Part shown: piece after piece, positions 38,918 through 44,957 of the stretch
Position numbering within the stretch: the first letter of the stretch is position 1
Layout: each line of letters begins with the position of its first letter
From: Spirochaetia bacterium
Lineage (GTDB): Bacteria; Spirochaetota; Spirochaetia; CADAEX01
Direction of reading: 5' to 3'
DNA length: 44,957 bases
NCBI GenBank assembly: GCA_963662265.2
Contig: CAXXHA010000023.1
Location: 1 to 44,957 of the forward strand
The notes under the pieces: model-generated
The model's database searches: none
What the model was told of the DNA's origin: nothing
The model's input: the letters and a program-made list of their open reading frames with translations, nothing else
Translations under genes and position numbers: made by a program

Positions 38918-40997
38918 TCAAGTGTTAACGGCCTTGGAATATAAATAACCCTGATATTTCGAACAGCCAATCTCCTGTAGGATATTTTTCTGATCTTCAT
39001 TTTCCACATATTCAGCTATTACATCAAAATCAAGAGATTTTCCCAGATTTATAATTGATTTAATAATATCAAGGCTTCTCTCATTTCTTTGAAGCTTTCT
39101 GACAAGCGAGCCGTCAAGTTTGACAAAGTCAAATTTATTGCTCTGAAGATAGACCAGAGATGTATGACCAGAACTGACAATCATCAATAGCAAGCTGAAT
39201 ATGATTATCATGCAATAAGGTAAAAACTTCCTCAAGATGTCCATTATCCTTAAGTTCACATTCTTCAGTTATTTCAATTCCAAATGTATTATCAATTATT
39301 CCACGATCTTTTACTTTTTTAACAACCCTGTTTATGAGGTCAACATTATTTACCTGAGACGAATCAATTATTTATGGAAACACTGATATTACTGCTGAAT
39401 TCATTATTTATTAAACAGGTATCTATTATTGCCTTATCAATAATACAGTCTGTAAGACTGGAAAAACAGCCGTCTTCTTTTGCAATTTCCAGAATAAGCG
39501 GAGGGAAAACTATAATTCATTCCTGAATATTTCCAGCGGAGCAGTGCTTCACAGGATACAACTCTTCCGGAATTATTATGCTGGGGCTGGTAGAATAACT
39601 CAATTTCATTATTTCCAATAGATTTACGCAGTTCCAGCGCAAGTTCTTTAGCCGCTTTGGACAGGTAGTCATTCCGCTTAAACAGGTCAGGAGCACATCC
39701 TTTATCAAGCGAATTTCTAACAAGGTCAGACATATCCATGACAAATTTTTCAGTTCTTATTGCATGCAGTTTATTACCTATTTTAATAAAAGTGTGCATA
39801 AATAAATACACCAATAGCTATTGTAATTATCTGAAGCAGCAGTCCTCTAACAGACCCGGTTGCAAGATAGCCGCTGAAAAGCACAGGGGTTGTCCAGACA
39901 ACACTTGTCACTGCAGACAGGAACCAGTCCGCTCACTACAGCAATATATGAAACAGACAATGAGACTAAGGGAGTTAATATAAAAGGAACAAACATCAGT
40001 GATTAAGAACTACCGGTAGGCCGAAAACAATTATTTCATTTATATTAAACAGCATGGGAAGGAGTGCAAATCTACCCAGTGATTTCTGGACTTTGAGCTT
40101 TGAAAAAAGAAAAATTGATATTAATAAACTGATTGCTGTACCGCATCCTCCCATCAATACAAATACATCAAAAAAAGTTTTAGTGATTATCTCACCCGGA
40201 ACATCTGAGAATATCAGCTGATTAACAGATTCAAAAATATTGCTTCCATGTACTCCGAAAACCAGAAAAGTGATTCCATAAAAAGATTAATAATCCGCTC
40301 CATAAAGACCGTCCCAGTTTTTCAAAGGGACTTACAAAAAACTTTATTAATAAATCATTGAAGCTTGCAACATCAAAAACCTGTGAAATAACTATAGATG
40401 CTAATGCAAATATTGATATTGTAAACAACATTGGAATCATAGTTCTCAATGCTGTCCTGAAATCAATATCACTGCTAAAATCAGTAAAATTATGAATAAT
40501 AAACATTTTTTTAACAAAAAACAGAAACATTTTTGTTGAAAGAACCGAACAGAGCAGAGCAGAAAAAATACTTTTAACATCTAATACTGATATTAAAACA
40601 GCCTGATGATTTACACTGTTTACTGTAATTTCAGGTTTAAGTCCTAAAAGCGATACATATGATGCTATTGCAACAATACAAGAAAGTATATTTATTATTC
40701 CCGATTCCTGAGTAATATTTGATGAATATTTATATGTAACAGTTATAAGAAGAAAAACTGATGCAAATCCGAATGTTGATTCAAAAATAAACCGTAAAAA
40801 CTGAGCGAGACTTCCGCTGAGAACCGTATTAACATAATTTTGAATATATATAACTGGAAAAAATAATATCATGAGACCGCAGAAGCACCAATCATAAAAA
40901 CAGGCATCATCATTATAAATCCCTGTCTTATGCTTACAAGCATCAGATTCTGGTCAAGATTAAGGAAACTATTATAGATTCTACTGCTTATCTTCAT
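38918..40997 (-). CDS. PTS EIIC-like membrane domain fused to EAL phosphodiesterase, frameshifted
   Basis: N-part SIRQGFIMMMPVFMIGA, WFFGVHG-like, FVLMGGCG, FNINEI; C-part LFYQPQHN..CEALLRW, EITE, DD..GHTSLVYL..VKLDGSLV, VIAEYVE, YQGYLYSK. Confidence 0.8.
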
Positions 40998-41315
40998 TAA
41001 TAATCCCTGTTCATATTTTAGGAAAACTCACCTAAAGATATAGGGTATTGTTCTATCAATTATGAAAAAATAAAACGCATAAGGATACTCAAAATTATAA
41101 TGATCAGTATATTATAATTTATTAAAAATTTTCAATTATTTTTTAATTATTATTTCATGGCTTGAAGTGTCGCTTTTATCATATCCAAGTCTATTTTCTA
41201 TGCAGAACTTCTATAATAATGATGCAGCCCAAACAGAAAATAAAAAAGGAATAATCCTTTTTTATTTTTTTTACGGAAGACTTTTATAAAGGTGCGGGTT
41301 GAAAATCAAATGACT

Positions 41316-41348
41316 AAAAAAAAGGCTGTCCATTTTATATGAACAGCC
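41316..41348 (-). terminator. Intrinsic terminator of the RRM gene
   Basis: GGCTGT.CAT/ATG.ACAGCC stem followed by 8 T on the minus strand. Confidence 0.75.
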
Positions 41349-41366
41349 CTCTTAAAGATATTTTAT

Positions 41367-41648
41367 TTAATATCTGTTGTTACTGTATGAATTATCACTT
41401 CTTTCCTTTAGCTTCATTTACTCTTAATTCACGGTTCAGTAATTTCTGATCCGTTGAGAGCTGAAATTGCTGCTGTTGCAGCATCTGCTTCCACCATCTC
41501 AACAAAACCAAAACCTTTTGACTGATTTGTGTATTTATCTGATATGATTTTCACACTTACAACTTCACCATACTGTGAAAAGACCTTTTCGAGATCATGC
41601 TCCTGAGCATTGAAACTGATATTTCCTACATAAATATTTTTTTGACAT
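41367..41648 (-). CDS. RRM (RNP-1) RNA-binding protein, not in the ORF track because of indels
   Basis: After removing three single-base insertions: MSKNIYVGNISF..SVKIISDKYTNQSKGFGFVEM..AISALNGSELLNRELRVNEAKE; RNP2 IYVGNI, RNP1 KGFGFVEM; SD AAGGAG. Confidence 0.9.
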
Positions 41649-42204
41649 AATTACTCCTTGTCTCGGATTTTTCCGAAAATTGTTTTGAAACAAGTAAGTT
41701 AAGTTTTTCTTGATTATTAAGTCTGATAAATTGAAAGTTGAAAAAAGGACAAAAACCGAAATGGATTAGATCTTGATTACAAATAGCAACTAGTTAAACA
41801 TAAATTATAAAAATACTGTACTTAAACGTTTTAAGACACACTATATTATTTATCAAACTTAATCAATAGAAGATATTCCAATCCTTTGGAAAAAACCCTT
41901 AAATCCGGTATTTATGCGGAATTTCAGTTTATGGTTATCAGAGAGCAGTTTATTTGCACTGCGAAAATTATAGAATAAGGTTATATTCTGAATAATCAAA
42001 AAAACAGAGGGAAACAGGGTAACCTCAAATTAATATCATTTCAGCAGCTGCTTAAAAAAGAACAGACAAGCTTTACATTACATTTGTTTTACATTACTTG
42101 AGAATAAACTGTCTTATAATATATATAAGAGATTATAAATAATAATGTTTTTTGTCACTTCAACACTTTTCAATCAGCAGAACATTATAAATCAGGAGTA
42201 AGTA

Positions 42205-43680
42205 ATGAATGCCTTACTGTTGAATCCTGAATTTCCAAAAACTCATTGGAATTTCAAATATATTCTGAAATTAATTTCAAAAAAAACTACAGATCCCCCC
42301 CTAGGTCTTTTAACAGTTTCTTCTCTGCTGCCTGTAAGCTGGAATAAAATTCTTATAGATTTGAATATATCCAAACTTAAAAAAAGAGATCTAAAATGGG
42401 CCGATTTAGTATTTATCACAGGAACAGATGTTCAGAAATCATCATTTTAAATATGCACTGAAGAGATGCAGCAATTCAGGAATAAAAATTATAGCAGGAG
42501 GTCCCATGGTAAGTCAAAACCAGAAGGAATTCCCTGAAATTGATCACTTCATTCTTGGAGAGGCGGAAAACATAATAGGTGATTTGCTCGATGATCTTGC
42601 TGATGGAAAAGCAGAAAGAATCTATAAAAATCCTGATTACCCGGATATAAAAAAAAACACCGAAACCTGACTGGAGTTTAATTAATATGAAGGATTATGC
42701 AACAATGGATTATACAGTATTCAAGAGGGTGTCCCCTTTGACTGTGACTTTTGCAGTATATCAGCATTATTCGGAAACAACTGCGGATAAAATCAGAAAT
42801 TCAGTTTATCAATGAAATTGACTCTCTTTATCATGCCGGCTGGACCGGAAATGTTTTTATTGTTGATGACAACTTCATAGGCAGTAAAAAAATATTGAAG
42901 GATAAACTTCTACCGGAATTGACAAAGTGGCAGAAAAAACACAATTACCCGTTTTACTTTAATACGGAAGTTTCCATAAATCTGGCAGATGATGAAGAAT
43001 TAATGGATATGATGATAGACTCCGGTTTTACCTCATGTTTTGTAGGCATTGAAACTCCTGATGAGGAGTGTCTTTCAGAATGCGGTAAAAAATAAATATG
43101 GAAAGGAATATGATGAAATCTGTAAAAACCCTACAGAGAAAGGGCTTTAATGTATCTGCTGGATTTATTATAGGTTTTGACAGCGACAAGGAAAATATTT
43201 TGAAAGGCAGTTTGATTTCATACAGAAAAGCGGAATAGTAAATGCAATGGTAGGTTTACTAAATGCTCCGTACGGAACAAAACTTTATGAAAGATTAAAA
43301 GCAGAAAATAGGATTATAAAAACATCCAGGGGTAATAATGTAGACGGATGTTTAAATTTCATTACAAAAATGGATTCAGAAAAATTATTGTATAATTACA
43401 AAAAACTAGTAAAAAGGATATATTCTCCGAAAAATTATTCTGAAAGAATCAATAATTTTCTTTCAGACTATAAAATGCCTGAGCATGTTTCAGCATCAAA
43501 GAAGAAAAGAAACTGATTACAACAGCAAAGGTTATTTTGAAGCTGGTTTATTACAGTCCCGTGGAAAATACTTATTCTGGAAAACTATTTTATAACAGCT
43601 AAAAACTATCCTTCGAAAATTATACTTGCAATAACACTTTTTGTTTATGGACTTCATTTCCGAAAAATTGGCAGAAACAC
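42205..43680 (+). CDS. B12-binding domain radical SAM protein (DUF4070-type), frameshifted; end approximate
   Basis: NPEFPKTHW, PPLGLLTV, IAGGP, LGEAE, SRGCP(F)DCDFC, FIVDDNFIG, TEVSINLADD, FVGIETPD, GFIIGFDSD, LLNAPYGTKL. Confidence 0.85.
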
Positions 43681-43681
43681 T

Positions 43682-44072
43682 TTAGTAATACTTATAAATA
43701 AGACTGATAATGAAACCCTGATTTTTCAGCTCCTCGCTTATAAAAAAAACACCTAAACAGATAAAGAATATACCAATGATTTTTGAGTGTGTGACTGGTT
43801 CTGACAGAAAGACTGCAGAGGCAAGTACAACCCCGGCAAAAGCTATACTGGATGAAGGATATGCTATACTGAGCGGCAGGATCTTAAGTACGTTTATCCA
43901 GAAAAATAAATCCCGCAATATAGCAGGTTCCCCCCGCAATTAAAAAATAATTACTTATCAAGCCTTTTAAAAGAAAGTGTACTATCCTGAATAAGCCCTT
44001 TTTCATAAGAACCTGACCGCAGATAGTAAAAGAGACAGTAATAAGTATTAAAAAAGCGCCTTTCCAATTCAA
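43682..44072 (-). CDS. Small multidrug resistance/EamA family membrane protein (ArnE/F-like), frameshifted; 3' end uncertain
   Basis: GQVLMKKG, FFWINVLKILPLSIAYP, FLSEPVT..KIIGIFFICLGVFFI across two ORF fragments. Confidence 0.75.
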
Positions 44073-44490
44073 AATAGAATCCTGTATAATTATTATAGTA
44101 TTTAACTCAGCTGATTCACAATCTTTTTATCTATGAATGTTCTGAATGAGCAAGAGATCACAACAAACCTGTCAGACTAAACAAACGATTTAAGAATCTT
44201 ATTCTCCGGAATAATTTTTGCGAGGGGGAAAAAATAATCAAAGACGATTAAAAATAATCACAGCTAATCATAATTTCATGACAGAGTGATATCCCTTTAA
44301 ACTGTAAAAGCTCTGTAATTATCGTAAAACCCGTATTACGGTCGCCCAAGACCTGCTGCAAAGTAATGAGAAAACTTCAAGAAAAAATATTTCAGCTTTT
44401 TTTTATTCAGCTTTTTACCAGAAATATTTAAAAAGGCTTCTTATCTCCCGCTTTCTGAGTGAAAGGACAACACGGATCAATGATTAATTT

Positions 44491-44957
44491 TTATACTTTA
44501 AGGTTATCAAATGCATCCAGAAGTTTTTTCAGAAGATCCGGTTTCTGGTTTACGTCGGAATTTAAATAAACTGTTTTCTTTGATTGAACCTTTCTTTTAA
44601 AACACCAATATAATCTCCCTGTTCAGGATATTATCGACAGTATATAAATCAGTGTAATCAGGGATAATCTTGTTAATACTTTCCGGCTTGGGGACAAGAG
44701 CTCCGCCTAAGATGTCCCATTCTTCCATTCCAGCTCTCCCATTACTACAGCTGTTTGTAACCGAAGACTTAATTTTAGAGAGATATCTGTCAAATCTGTA
44801 TCACTGCTTTTCCAGAATCCGCCGGAATTAAAAACAAAACACTCTGTTCCAGCATTAACTACCTTCAAAAAGCCCTCAACATCTTTATATAATTCATATA
44901 CCCTGAAAGGATTGGCATAGGGTTCAAACACAAGTCTTTTCATATCTTCAAGTGATA
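44491..44957 (-). CDS. C-terminal part of probable phosphoenolpyruvate carboxykinase (ATP), frameshifted, runs off the right edge
   Basis: LVFEPYANPFRVY..ECFVFNSG resembles the EPYANPFR..CYILNTG segment I recall from Firmicutes-type ATP PEPCK; last fragment ends DAFDNLKV* at 44491. Confidence 0.55.

Noticed and set aside
32300-44957. Programmed frameshifting or phase variation across these genes
   Set aside because: Too many indels in unrelated genes with a sharp positional onset; sequencing error is more parsimonious

Overview
AT-rich bacterial chromosomal window; the gene content suggests an anaerobic diderm, possibly a free-living spirochaete (inference only). Left part: D-2-hydroxyacid dehydrogenase, MATE pump, rmuC, a complete chemotaxis operon (cheW-STAS-cheA-cheR-cheB-double-tip MCP-like protein-cheY-cheD), umuDC with a candidate SOS operator, a LamG lipoprotein, a pentapeptide-bearing MCP, a GGDEF protein, pabB/pabC, a solute-binding protein, a 43-bp GC-rich tandem hairpin array and a PlpD-like patatin. 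Centre: an apparent operon linking a FecCD/BtuCD-type ABC importer, a TrmO-FmdE-zinc finger fusion and larC-larE-larB (nickel-pincer nucleotide cofactor synthesis) with no larA in view, divergent from a DeoR regulator. This is the best candidate for an undescribed system. From about 32.3 kb onward every gene is broken by single-base indels, most likely sequencing errors: ABC binding protein, DeoR, large activase/DUF2229-like protein, PTS-EIIC-EAL fusion, RRM protein, B12-binding radical SAM, SMR/EamA, partial PEP carboxykinase. All calls come from motif recognition by eye; no searches were run.
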